From a virus (Duplodnaviria; Caudoviricetes), in IMG/VR virus record IMGVR_UViG_3300045391_006539: a stretch of DNA of 64,000 nt. One strand, 5' to 3'. This document shows positions 29,701 through 38,883 of the stretch, piece by piece (the stretch's first letter is position 1; each line of letters opens with the position of its first letter). A program made the position numbers and the translations under genes. A model generated the notes under the pieces. It was not told the DNA's origin. It searched no databases and was given only the letters and a program-made list of their open reading frames with translations.

Positions 29701-30176
29701 CGCTCAGTGGACGACTCAAGAAGGCGGGCAAGGGGGCTGGGGGCATTCTCTCGGCAGCGGGTGCGCTCGGTGCATCTGGACTCGACAAGGAGGGCATCCA
29801 GAAACTCCTCAAGGAGGGCGGCATTGGCGCCGTGGCCAAGGCCGTCGCCGGGAGCATTGGCAAGGGAGACCTGGTCAACAATTCGGGCTTCATGGCAGAC
29901 CTCGAGAAGACCCTCGGTAGTGTCGAAGGGGGTCAGTTCAGTGCTGGCGGTGTGGGCCTAGAAAAGCTCCTTGGCAACGAGACGGTCAGCAAGTCGCGAC
30001 TCGAGAAGGAAGCCGCCGAGGACCCGAACAAGAACCTCGCGAACATCGCGACCGATATGAAGACGTCGGCAGAGAAGCTCGGTCTCATTCACACGGTCCT
30101 CAGCGAGATGAAGGAGCGCGCCACCAAGAACCCCGAAGAGGGCTTCTGGGGCGGTATCATGGGAGGTGGCGGATGA
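26724..30176 (+). CDS. Tape measure protein
   Basis: 1150-aa Gly/Ala/Met-rich helical protein upstream of baseplate-type genes. Confidence 0.7.
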   Translation: MPLSSMEMAQMTGFYQNQSAQQMHNASMIGMGMPIGDAFASGTMNRVGAVAGPLAVGALGLDPLSIGLSAGAWGASRGMGMMGAAGLGLGAGLASMPISMAVGYGVNQMFAGAQQQQAFGGMMNSTFRFANNYGGHGFGRGGLADIGSMMRNMSTEQGPAGQMVGFEELGRLASNMGRMGMAQGVRDAKDFSTKFREMVKTVKEIAEAMGTSLEEAQKMMQAMKGSGVFGNQNAAQFAQRIRSGAVAGGMATSELTGMMSVGSQISRMVGGRGRAGAAGGIETLTNIGVAQQMGLLSEEDVYNVTGLTGAEGRRAMATRQMEQSARFLQSSNGRRFLASIAGRDGQLDAGSVAEIMAGGVGTDRTMQMAGRNLSKIGRANFIRNEGRLRGAALEQFGGLAPMLQMSQWLGERGIDVNEGNDRAMVFMQRHLGMGNDEAEMMLRQVRELPQILRQRQLSSQDDDYSKRLSERKSMTGLEGIKNKFEKAKAEVNSALQQVGADIHDGIASYIEGAVNRMTDNYVKETRQGVSEAFRTMMGGGALGAGAAADVFGIGGGAFSSSAARSSTLFRSGRSDLAIFQDRDATRFAKAGFAFKGGDIMAHTNTVAAVNNAFRGGDSNLAGRAGIQSLGAAGADAFKQALLGQSISGRGFDRLDSFGQFLLGQSGGNRAGTDLFNRYRGASREEQAQIMAAYSGEGGAGQSQADYFSDPGFRGVYGVSGNFTMGEGADKVGSAFGRGGKRGMFAGSATSADTAVGKFLLSEDGKKLTDRMMSNNAKTRDEAKLQVEKEILTLQKKEDLTKEETARLRGLKGMLFAQRLTEMEVKGASAKELDAEAARLGDLYGISANEVRSNAATIGALAIGNKDAALVQASEQFGDQARLNAAGLSRAGLVSGSGATLTLNAAAADKLGGGTAGQAFLKAMVTKQQALSQMGPGVSADKIRELAATANNAAQGMNAELANMSVEDQRKFARALAGVEGAEEEAGTVGRVATLSGRLKKAGKGAGGILSAAGALGASGLDKEGIQKLLKEGGIGAVAKAVAGSIGKGDLVNNSGFMADLEKTLGSVEGGQFSAGGVGLEKLLGNETVSKSRLEKEAAEDPNKNLANIATDMKTSAEKLGLIHTVLSEMKERATKNPEEGFWGGIMGGGG

Positions 30177-30439
30177 AATCACTACTCTTTCAGCAGGACG
30201 TCACCAACTTCGTAGAGCCCGAGTCGTGTGCTCCAGGGCGGCAGGAGAAGTCCATTGCCGTCAAGAAGGACGGGCGGGTCTATCGCTACGTCGTGCGGGA
30301 CAAGGTCTATCCCGAAGACCCATACCTCGTACTCGTTCGTGCAGCAGCCTTCGCCATCCAGACGGGTGAGCCTTACAACGGCACACCACCCAATCGCAGT
30401 GTGAGGGACTTTCTCATCAAACAGGCCATCGTCATCTAG
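30173..30439 (+). CDS. Hypothetical protein
   Basis: Coupled to the tape measure gene. Confidence 0.5.
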   Translation: MKSLLFQQDVTNFVEPESCAPGRQEKSIAVKKDGRVYRYVVRDKVYPEDPYLVLVRAAAFAIQTGEPYNGTPPNRSVRDFLIKQAIVI

Positions 30440-30451
30440 TAAATTGGGACC

Positions 30452-31912
30452 ATGTCGTTCTCCTTTGCTATTGCGCTAGACAAGCTCGCTGACATCTCGA
30501 CCGAGCTCAAGGACTACCAGCAGCGGGTGGTCGAGCGCATACAGGAGAAGGGTCGCCCGGGGCTCGTGGTTGCCCACGGTCTCGGTACGGGTAAGACCCT
30601 CTCTTCCATCGCAGCGCAGGACGCGCTCGAGACACCGGCGACGGTGGTGGTCCCCGCCGCACTCAAGGCGAACTACGAGAAGGAGCGGGCCCGACATCTG
30701 ACGGGTAAGAAGCAGCCCATCAAGCTCGAGTCGCTGCAGAACGTGGCGCGTGCGGGTATCCCCAAGAGCCAGCTCCTCGTCGTAGATGAGGCCCATCGGG
30801 GCCGAGACCCGGCGAGCGCCACCTTCAAGGCCATCCGAGATGCCAAAGCGGACAAGAAGATGCTGCTCACGGCCAGCCCCTTTTACAACAGCCCCCACGA
30901 CCTCGCCCCGCTCATCAACGTGGCGGCGAACGAGCGGGTGCTGCCCAACGACAAGAAGGAGTTCGACGCCCGTTACACACGCTTCCGCCCAGTCTATCCG
31001 AGTCTCTGGGGTCGGTTGCGGGGTGACAAACCTGGCGAGGTGCAGGAGCTCAACCCCCGTCGGCGTGGCGAGCTCAAGAGCATCTATGACAAGTGGGTGG
31101 ACTACCAACCGGGTGGCACCGAGGGCTTTCCCACTGTCACACGTGAAGACGTGGATGTGCCCATGAACAGCGAGCAGCTCGGGGTCTACGACACGTTGAT
31201 GGACACGGCGCCGAGCTGGGTCTCGCGCAAGGTGAAGAGTGGTCTGCCTCCCAGCAAGGCCGAGGCGACCCAGCTCAACGCCTTCCTCACCGGTGCGCGC
31301 CAGGCGAGTCTATCGACCGCACCATTCGTTCAGGGCGATACGAAAGTCCACGAAACCAAGATTCAAAAGGCCTTCGAGAACCTGCGGAAGGAGCTCGAGA
31401 CCAACCCTGACGCGCGGGCCGTGGTCTATAGCAACTTCCTCCAGGGTGGCATCCGTCCCTATGCCAATCGCCTCACGGCCGCCGGCATTCCCTTTGGTGA
31501 GTACACGGGCGAGATTCCCAGGACCCAACGCGACCAGCTCGTTCGGGACTACAACGAGGGCAAGAAGAGGGTGATGCTGCTTTCGAGTGCGGGTGGAGAA
31601 GGCCTAGACCTCAAGGGCACGCGCCTCATGCAGGTACTGGAGCCGCATTGGAACCGAGAGAAATTACTCCAGGTCGAGGGTCGCGGCATTCGCTATGGCA
31701 GCCACGAGCATCTTCCAGAGGACCAGCGCAACGTGCGCGTCCAGACCTATCGAGCCACGCGTCCTCGCCAGGGCTTGCTCGAGCACCTACACGTCAGCAA
31801 GCCGGGCGGTGGTGTAGACGAGTACCTGAGCACGCGCAGCAAGGAGAAGGAAGACTTGAACGAGCAGTTCCGGAGTCTCTTGGCTCAGCAGCGTGAAGAT
31901 AAGCAGGGCTAG
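30452..31912 (+). CDS. SNF2-like SF2 helicase/ATPase
   Basis: LKDYQ, HGLGTGKT, VVDEAH, LLTASP, SAGGEGLDL, EPHWN, QVEGRGIR. Confidence 0.9.
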   Translation: MSFSFAIALDKLADISTELKDYQQRVVERIQEKGRPGLVVAHGLGTGKTLSSIAAQDALETPATVVVPAALKANYEKERARHLTGKKQPIKLESLQNVARAGIPKSQLLVVDEAHRGRDPASATFKAIRDAKADKKMLLTASPFYNSPHDLAPLINVAANERVLPNDKKEFDARYTRFRPVYPSLWGRLRGDKPGEVQELNPRRRGELKSIYDKWVDYQPGGTEGFPTVTREDVDVPMNSEQLGVYDTLMDTAPSWVSRKVKSGLPPSKAEATQLNAFLTGARQASLSTAPFVQGDTKVHETKIQKAFENLRKELETNPDARAVVYSNFLQGGIRPYANRLTAAGIPFGEYTGEIPRTQRDQLVRDYNEGKKRVMLLSSAGGEGLDLKGTRLMQVLEPHWNREKLLQVEGRGIRYGSHEHLPEDQRNVRVQTYRATRPRQGLLEHLHVSKPGGGVDEYLSTRSKEKEDLNEQFRSLLAQQREDKQG

Positions 31913-31935
31913 AGAAAGAGCCCACGGGAGCTCTT
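31908..31935 (-). terminator. Intrinsic terminator between convergent genes
   Basis: AAGAGC...GCTCTT stem; TCTCTAGC tail on the minus strand. Confidence 0.5.
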
Positions 31936-31943
31936 CCAAGACT

Positions 31944-32546
31944 TCAGTTCGGGAGGTTGCGGACCCCCTTCGTGTGTCGGTGGAGTGAAAGTGTCTGACC
32001 AGCCGCTGAGGCTTGTTGCTGGAGTGGGGCAGAGAGGATTTGGACCTGCTCTCGTAGCTCAGTAAATTGAGTTGAGAGTGCTGTTAGGGCAGCTCTGAGC
32101 TCTTCATTCTCTGCCATCAACTGCTTGAGCTGCTCTTGGGATGGAGCGCCCAGAGGGATGTTAGCCCGACGCCACTCCTTCAAGTGCTGGGCGTTATGGA
32201 GGATGAACTGAGCTGCGCGTGGAGACCTGCTCAGCTGACAATGAACATACATATCGGTCTCAGTCCAGAGAACCATGTCTTTCCGAACTCGCTTCACACC
32301 GAAGCTATCTTTGTGCTCTCGCACTAGTCCAATGATGGACTCATGCAATGCGTTACGTGTACTTGAAGTACATCTAACCGGGTTGAACAGGGTTGGGTTT
32401 CGGTCGAAGTTCCTCCATATCGTCTGGGTTTCTACGTCCAGCGCTGACGCCAGCATGGGTGTGGTGGTCACTGCATCATCTGGTGGAAGGGCAATGATTG
32501 CGAAGTCGATGTCGAACAACTTGTACGAAGCAAACTGGTATTTCAT
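31944..32546 (-). CDS. Antirepressor-like DNA-binding protein
   Basis: LASALDVETQTI and VLWTETDMY...SRSPRAAQF recall phage antirepressor N-domains; coiled-coil C-terminus; lower GC. Confidence 0.5.
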   Translation of the reverse strand: MKYQFASYKLFDIDFAIIALPPDDAVTTTPMLASALDVETQTIWRNFDRNPTLFNPVRCTSSTRNALHESIIGLVREHKDSFGVKRVRKDMVLWTETDMYVHCQLSRSPRAAQFILHNAQHLKEWRRANIPLGAPSQEQLKQLMAENEELRAALTALSTQFTELREQVQILSAPLQQQASAAGQTLSLHRHTKGVRNLPN

Positions 32547-32584
32547 CTAGTCCTCCACGAACCAGGTTGTTTGGCTCGTATCTA

Positions 32585-32610
32585 TTATGCCGCTGCTCGT
32601 AGAGTTCTTG
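32585..32610 (-). promoter_or_regulatory. Phage promoter-like motif
   Basis: CAAGAA-N13-GGCATAA. Confidence 0.6.
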
Positions 32611-32632
32611 CAGGTTCCTGTAGACTAAGCTC

Positions 32633-34240
32633 ATGACTGTGTTTGTCGAATTGGTCACAGACGCGTTCGAGGAGAACCTCTCGAACCAGCTCATCAGCCG
32701 CGCCCGCAATGGCACGAGTGGCGGTGGCGCAGGCAATCGCGTCGCGCGTCGCCCCACACGCGGTCTCGAAATCAAGGACGACACCTACGCGGCGCTCAAG
32801 GTCGTGCTCAGCGATGGCAGCGAGCTCGAGCTCGTCGATTCGAGTAGTCCCACGGGCTACAGCACGACGGGCTATACCAACTTCATCCTCCAGAGCGTGC
32901 AGGAAGTGCGCATGGAGAAGCACCAACTCGTCGAGACGTTCGGGGCGAACTACATCTACTTCTTCGGAGAGAGTCCGCGCTTCCTCGACGTCTCTGCCGT
33001 CATCATCAACTCCCATGACTTCAACTGGGAGGCAGAGTGGTGGGAGAACTACGAGCAGAACTTCCGCGGCACGCGCCTCGTCGAGAAGGGCGGGCGGCTC
33101 TACATGTTCTACGACGACAACATCGTCGAGGGTTACATGCTGATGTGCCAGGCGAGCAAGCAGAGCTCGGAGCCGCATCTCATTCCCATCAGCTTCAAGC
33201 TCTTCCTCACGAACTACCGCAACATCAGTCGCATGTCGGACCCACACTTCCCCATCCGGGACGAGCTCGTGGTGGTCGACGTGGTCGACGTCCCGACCTC
33301 GGACCGGGGTGACAACCGCGGCGCGGCGAGTGTGGCAGCCCTCCCCGACCGGCAGTCCGTGGCCGACGCCGCCGAGGGGACCCTCGCCGAGGGTCCTCGC
33401 CTCTCCGAGGCCCTGCGCGACGCGCGGGCGCTCCCCCTCCGGAGCCTGACCGCCGACAACAGCGACGAGTTCGTGGGGCTCCTGCCCACACCGGCGGCGG
33501 CGCCCATGGCCATCGTCCCGGCGAGGAGCCGCGCGGAGGCCCTCGGCGTGCCCCCAGCCGACTTTCGGAGGCTCGAGACGGACGACCTGCACCAGACGAG
33601 CACCCGGGAGCTCGAGGCCTCTGGCGCGGAGGTGGACGACCCCTCGACCCTCTCCAGCCTGGGGCTCATGCCGACCTTCTCGAGCGACGCGCGCTCGGGG
33701 GCGACCTTCGGTCCCTCGGCCAATGCCGGGGTGGGTGCCAACGCGGGCTTCGGCATCGGCTTCGGCGGGGGCACCGAGACGCTCGGCCTGGCTGCGAGCT
33801 CGACCACTACCCTCGACCCCCTGGGCGCCATCTTCGGCGGCGGCAAGACCTCGAGCACCATCGACCCGGAGCTCGACAGCCGCTTCACCGAGGGCGTGGG
33901 TGACGCCGAGTACGGCTACCGGAGCGAGTTCTCACTCGGGCGCGCGGGCTTCGGGCAGGTGGGCTACGGCGACCTCGGTGGTCCTGGCTTCGGCGCGGGT
34001 GTCGGCGCTGCAGGCGACCCGGGCTTCAAAGACCCCTCGCGCTTCACGTTCGCCGGCGTCGTTCAGAACAAGGCGGCCTTCAACAAGTTCAAGAAGCCCA
34101 AGCCCACCCAGAACGTGTTTGGCGCCGGCGCAGGTCTCGGCTCGAGCTCGAGCGGGCTTTCGGGAGGCGCAGGTGTGCGTGTCGGAGGCAAGGTGAGTGC
34201 GTTCTCCTTCGTCAGTACCGGCGGGACGTTGAAGTTGTAG
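32633..34240 (+). CDS. Putative baseplate/tail-initiator protein
   Basis: NFILQSVQEVRMEKHQLVETFG..YFFGE; position after the tape measure gene. Confidence 0.5.
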   Translation: MTVFVELVTDAFEENLSNQLISRARNGTSGGGAGNRVARRPTRGLEIKDDTYAALKVVLSDGSELELVDSSSPTGYSTTGYTNFILQSVQEVRMEKHQLVETFGANYIYFFGESPRFLDVSAVIINSHDFNWEAEWWENYEQNFRGTRLVEKGGRLYMFYDDNIVEGYMLMCQASKQSSEPHLIPISFKLFLTNYRNISRMSDPHFPIRDELVVVDVVDVPTSDRGDNRGAASVAALPDRQSVADAAEGTLAEGPRLSEALRDARALPLRSLTADNSDEFVGLLPTPAAAPMAIVPARSRAEALGVPPADFRRLETDDLHQTSTRELEASGAEVDDPSTLSSLGLMPTFSSDARSGATFGPSANAGVGANAGFGIGFGGGTETLGLAASSTTTLDPLGAIFGGGKTSSTIDPELDSRFTEGVGDAEYGYRSEFSLGRAGFGQVGYGDLGGPGFGAGVGAAGDPGFKDPSRFTFAGVVQNKAAFNKFKKPKPTQNVFGAGAGLGSSSSGLSGGAGVRVGGKVSAFSFVSTGGTLKL

Positions 34241-34261
34241 TCCCTCATTAGAATCGAGGGC

Positions 34262-35284
34262 ATGGCTCTCAAAACCGGTACGATTCGAACCATCACCGAC
34301 GAGGAAATCGCACGCGTCGATGCCGAGGTACGTGACCTGCGTGCCCGCATCGCCGAGTACGAAGCCGCGGCGACACAACCCCTTCCTTCTGCGAAGACTG
34401 GGCTCTGGGTAGACGGCCCCACCCTCAAGACCAAGACGGGCGCACCTGCGAACTGGCGCGGCATGGAGCTCCTCTGGGGTCCCACCGCCGACAGTCAGGC
34501 GACCCAGCTCTGCAAGAACATCAAGGCTTTCGGTGCCAATGCCATCTCGCCCTTGTTCCAGCAGGGTCAGGAGGGCGTCATCGATGTGCGCGAGTGTTTG
34601 GCGGCTGCGCGTGCCGAGGGCTTGATGGTGGGTGTCAACGCCGACAACACGAGCGGTGGCACGGGCTGGATTCGCCGCAGTGACATCGTCGATGCTTGCA
34701 ATCACTCCGACCACGTCATGCTCGAAAGTGAGGTCGAGCTCGGGTCCATCGACACGATGACTCGGGACATCTGGTTCGCAAACGCCAAGAAGTTCATCAC
34801 GGGTATGCGCGATGCAGGTCATACGTCACCCATCAAGATTGGCGCGCCGACGGGTGGACGTCTACCGCACTGGTCGCTTCGGGTGGGCGACCTGCTCGTC
34901 GACCATGACCCACGGCACAATCTCATCTTCACATGGCAGGCGTACTGGGCTGCAGACCTCACCCGCTGGCAGTTCTCGACCGAGGCGGGCATGGAGAACG
35001 AAGGCGTCGCCGGCGCACTCGAGATGGCTGACGCCATCGCTGCGAGCGGCCTGTGCTTCATCGTGGGCCTCGACGGCGCCGATGACGTCGGGGTGACGCC
35101 CTGGAAGGAGCTCGCCACGCGCCTGCACCAGAAGGGCATTGGTTGGCAGTGGTGGGCCTGGATGGTGGGTGACTCGTTCGGCAACGGCATCGTGGCCAGC
35201 ACCATGGACACGTCGCCCAAGGGTCCCTTTGGTCCTGGCGTGCGAGACCTGATGCGCACGCAGTCCGCACTCGCGCAGCTCTGA
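34262..35284 (+). CDS. GH5-like (beta/alpha)8 glycoside hydrolase domain with an N-terminal coiled-coil
   Basis: IKAFGANAI, MRDAGHTSPI, DPRHNLIF, GIGWQWWAW resemble GH5 mannanases. Confidence 0.6.
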   Translation: MALKTGTIRTITDEEIARVDAEVRDLRARIAEYEAAATQPLPSAKTGLWVDGPTLKTKTGAPANWRGMELLWGPTADSQATQLCKNIKAFGANAISPLFQQGQEGVIDVRECLAAARAEGLMVGVNADNTSGGTGWIRRSDIVDACNHSDHVMLESEVELGSIDTMTRDIWFANAKKFITGMRDAGHTSPIKIGAPTGGRLPHWSLRVGDLLVDHDPRHNLIFTWQAYWAADLTRWQFSTEAGMENEGVAGALEMADAIAASGLCFIVGLDGADDVGVTPWKELATRLHQKGIGWQWWAWMVGDSFGNGIVASTMDTSPKGPFGPGVRDLMRTQSALAQL

Positions 35285-35314
35285 CGACCGGCCGCAGTTG
35301 GTAGAGTGACCTAG

Positions 35315-38300
35315 ATGGGCAACGCCTACGGGACACGTCTCCGACTGCGGCTCTTTCTCGAGGGCATCGAGGTGCCCATCATCAGCGCCAACGTGCGCTC
35401 GGCGCCGAATAGTCCTTCGGCCGCCTCCATTCAGATTCCACCCCTGCCCGAGGGCACGCGCTTTCTACCGCGCACGCTCGTACACGTCTACTTCCTCGAC
35501 CTCTACGAGCAGACGAGCCCCCTCATCCGCAAGCTGCCCGATGGCGCCGGCGCCCACCAGAAGGCGCTCGACGGCAAGCCACCGGCGACAGACCCGACCG
35601 AGGGCACGCAGAGTCTCGGGCAGGGGATGCTGGATAGTCCCAACGGGCAGTACAAGCTGCTGTTCGGGGGCGAGGTCGTCGGCTTCCAGTGGACCAAGAA
35701 CGCCTCGGCGCGCTCGCTCGTCTTGCAGTGCCTGGACTGGTCGAACTATTGGGACTATGCCTACCAGTGGGGCAACACCGACATCTTCGGCCCCGGTATC
35801 AAGGCGGTCTTTTCGGGCGGCGCGACCAATCTGTTCACGGACTTCTTGACCAGCAAGGGCAGCGCGCTCACGCGCATCGCCACCTCGGGCAAGTGCAACT
35901 CGTTTCCCAAGCTGCGGGGCCTCGCTGCGGGCATCGTCCGGCTCATCGAGGCCATCGGTGGGTCTTTCTACCCAAAGGCCTCTCCAGGACAAACGCCCAA
36001 GAAGCTCGCGGGTCAGAACCTGTTCTTCTCCAGTGCCGAGCTGCGTCTGCACATCACGCACATGGTGGCGGCCTTCGAAGACGACCCGACGAGTTCGAAG
36101 ATACTCCGGCGCCAGGGCTATGCCGGTATGTTCGACCGCATGCTGGGTGGGCTCGGAGCTCAGGTGAGCATCCGCAAGGCCATCAATGCCTTGCAGGGCG
36201 TGATGTTCCATGAGACGTACGGGCAGCCCTGTCCCTACTTCAAGCCGAGCAGCTCGAACCAGACCGAGACCGTTACGGTACGAGGTGCCGATGACCCCCG
36301 TCTCGCTCCACTCGTGCAAGCAGCCCAAGAGGCCCTCGGCGTGGTCAAGGGACTACGCTCGGCGCCGCGCGCCGACCTCATCGACATCGCAGACAACCCC
36401 GCGGCCGTCGCCTCCGCCGAAGGCGTGCGTAACACCCAGACCGAATTCCTGACCGTGGTACGCCAAAACCTGCGTCAGGCCATCGCTGCCATCGGGTCTC
36501 GCGCGCCGGCAAGTCTCACGGGCAAGCTGAGCCAGGCAGCCATGCTCAGCGGAAAAGCAGCCGTTGCGCGCAGCAAGGTCAGCGTTCAAGCCACCGAGCT
36601 CGGTTACAAGGACTACTACGCATTACTCGACAAAATCATCGCTCTTCTCACTACGGCAATCAGCACCAAGTCGGCGCGCGTGACGCGCATCATTCAGGGC
36701 GACCCGCCACGCTTGAACCAGCACATCCTGCGTCCCGACATCTGGTTCGGAGCCCCGCCGCGCTGCAACGTGCTCTTCCCCGATGACTACGACTCGCTCA
36801 GCTACCAGCGCATGTTCCTCGAAGAGCCCACGCGCTTCCTGCTCAAGACCAACGATGAGTTCTTCGGCGAGGACTTCCTCTTCGACAAGTTCTACTTCGC
36901 CCCGCAAGCAGGGAGTGTGAGCAAGGACAAGGCGCGCATCCTCGACGTGCTGAGGAACGACATGCTCGAGCACGAGCTCTTCACCGGCATCCTGCCCGTA
37001 TTCGAGAAGATGGGCGAGTTCAACGTCTTCGCTGCCAAGAGCGGCACCGACAAGACCACGAGCAAGAACGGCCTGGCCCAGCGCAGCACCAACTTCCTCT
37101 ACTTCAAGCACCGCTTCGCCTCACGCCAGATGCAAATCTCGGGGCGCTTCAATCCCTACATCGCCGTGGGCTTCCCGGGTCTCGTCATTGACAAGTACGT
37201 CGACCAGGTCACCATCCGCACCTACAACGACCTGCTCGCTCGCGAGAACGACCGGCGCACGGTCAACGGCCTCGACAACCTGAGCCCCTCGCGCGTGCTC
37301 GGCACCAATTTCCTCGCCAATTTCACCGAGGTGAGCCACCACGTCTCCCAGGCCGAGAGCACTGGACGCACGCTCATCAACTGCGGCTACGCTCGTCAGC
37401 CCGACGAGAGCATCGAGTTCCTCGGCGCTTTACCCGAGGAGCAGCTCGTACGCAAGCGGCAAGACAAGGACGCCCTGAGGGCGACAGACGTCGCCGCCAT
37501 CACACCCCCGAAACTCGGTGCCATCGGGCCCATGGGTGGCAAGATAGTCAACGTCACCGATGTCACGTCCCAATACACTCGGCAATCCGGGTCGAGCAAA
37601 CCTCTTCCTCTCTTTGGACGCACGCGCCGAGACCAAGGTGGGCAGCTCCGAGCCCCGCGCGTCCAAGTCGGGGTACCCACATCTGGAGCAGCTCTTCAGT
37701 CTCCCGATGTATCAACTCTCACAGGAGGACGAGATGTTCCTGTTGTCTTCCGCGCTTATCGAGTGGACGAGGAAATAGCGCGGTACAAGAAGGAGCCCGT
37801 CATCCTACCGGCGGAGGAGTTCATCCGCCCCGGTTGGTATGGTGACATCTGGAGTCCGCCCAACATCGGCAAGGTCTACGAAGACTTCTTCGGCACGGGA
37901 GCCATCACCGACTCCCAAAGCGTGACCGACGCAAACATGGGCAATCGCTCGGTGCCGAGTGAAGACATGGCCGATGCGAATCTCGAGGCGAGCCAAGCCG
38001 AGGCTTCTGACGACCCCCGGCGCTTTGCTCCAGCCGTGGTGGCTCTCGACAAGAATGCGAGCATCCAGCAAGCTGTGGACTTCCTTCTGCTCACCTACAG
38101 CTTTGCCAAGCTGAGTGGGGCAGACGTCGACCAATTCGTCAGGAGTTACACATGGCGACCCATCGCCACGATGGTAGATATGCTCGGCACCTCAGACCTG
38201 AAGTTCAGCAACGACGGTCAGAAGGTACTGAGCGGCATCGAAGGCTTTCACTCGAGAGCTTTCGGCCCGTACGACAACCTGTTCGGGCTCGTCAATCCAG

Positions 38301-38431
38301 AGATAGAAAACATTCTTGGCATCAAACGTGGGAGTACCGCCGCTCAAAAAGCCGATACTCGAAAGCGCAGATACGAGGCGGTGCAGAGCTATGTGAGCGC
38401 TCTGCTGTTCAGCCGTGGTTTGCTGGGTTGA
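35315..38431 (+). CDS. Large baseplate hub/tail-associated protein
   Basis: RLFLEGIEVP, LLFGGEV, PPRCNVLFP, FNPYIAVGFPG resemble large-myovirus hub proteins. Confidence 0.55.
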   Translation: MGNAYGTRLRLRLFLEGIEVPIISANVRSAPNSPSAASIQIPPLPEGTRFLPRTLVHVYFLDLYEQTSPLIRKLPDGAGAHQKALDGKPPATDPTEGTQSLGQGMLDSPNGQYKLLFGGEVVGFQWTKNASARSLVLQCLDWSNYWDYAYQWGNTDIFGPGIKAVFSGGATNLFTDFLTSKGSALTRIATSGKCNSFPKLRGLAAGIVRLIEAIGGSFYPKASPGQTPKKLAGQNLFFSSAELRLHITHMVAAFEDDPTSSKILRRQGYAGMFDRMLGGLGAQVSIRKAINALQGVMFHETYGQPCPYFKPSSSNQTETVTVRGADDPRLAPLVQAAQEALGVVKGLRSAPRADLIDIADNPAAVASAEGVRNTQTEFLTVVRQNLRQAIAAIGSRAPASLTGKLSQAAMLSGKAAVARSKVSVQATELGYKDYYALLDKIIALLTTAISTKSARVTRIIQGDPPRLNQHILRPDIWFGAPPRCNVLFPDDYDSLSYQRMFLEEPTRFLLKTNDEFFGEDFLFDKFYFAPQAGSVSKDKARILDVLRNDMLEHELFTGILPVFEKMGEFNVFAAKSGTDKTTSKNGLAQRSTNFLYFKHRFASRQMQISGRFNPYIAVGFPGLVIDKYVDQVTIRTYNDLLARENDRRTVNGLDNLSPSRVLGTNFLANFTEVSHHVSQAESTGRTLINCGYARQPDESIEFLGALPEEQLVRKRQDKDALRATDVAAITPPKLGAIGPMGGKIVNVTDVTSQYTRQSGSSKPLPLFGRTRRDQGGQLRAPRVQVGVPTSGAALQSPDVSTLTGGRDVPVVFRAYRVDEEIARYKKEPVILPAEEFIRPGWYGDIWSPPNIGKVYEDFFGTGAITDSQSVTDANMGNRSVPSEDMADANLEASQAEASDDPRRFAPAVVALDKNASIQQAVDFLLLTYSFAKLSGADVDQFVRSYTWRPIATMVDMLGTSDLKFSNDGQKVLSGIEGFHSRAFGPYDNLFGLVNPEIENILGIKRGSTAAQKADTRKRRYEAVQSYVSALLFSRGLLG

Positions 38432-38564
38432 CGGGCCCCACCGCGACGAATCACTGCGTCTACACCATCACCAATAGTGCGACGGGCTCGACGCTGGTCT
38501 ACGAGGATGGGCGCCTGCGGAAGATAATCGACCACAACACGGGCGGCCTCACCATCACTGTTTA

Positions 38565-38822
38565 CTAGTCTTTGGGCTCCATGGCAGTGGCGGCGCCCGA
38601 GAGATTGAGCTCGACTCCAGACGTTAGATAGTCGATGGCCTGCTTCAGGGCCTGGAGCTCATGTTCATCGAGAGTGACTCCTTCTCGTTTGTGTGAATGA
38701 GCATGCAGGCGCACGCCTACATCAGGATGAACGATGAGCCAGACACTGTCGTTCTCATAGACATCCTTGGGATGCTTGATGACCATCTCGAACCCGTCTT
38801 TTGGAAGTTTGAGTTTCTCCAT
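38565..38822 (-). CDS. Hypothetical protein
   Basis: MEKLKLPKDGF... Confidence 0.45.
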   Translation of the reverse strand: MEKLKLPKDGFEMVIKHPKDVYENDSVWLIVHPDVGVRLHAHSHKREGVTLDEHELQALKQAIDYLTSGVELNLSGAATAMEPKD

Positions 38823-38883
38823 GACGCGCAGGATGCCACCCGTCTTCCCCGAAATCCAGGCCGAGTGGTAAAACATCGGGACG

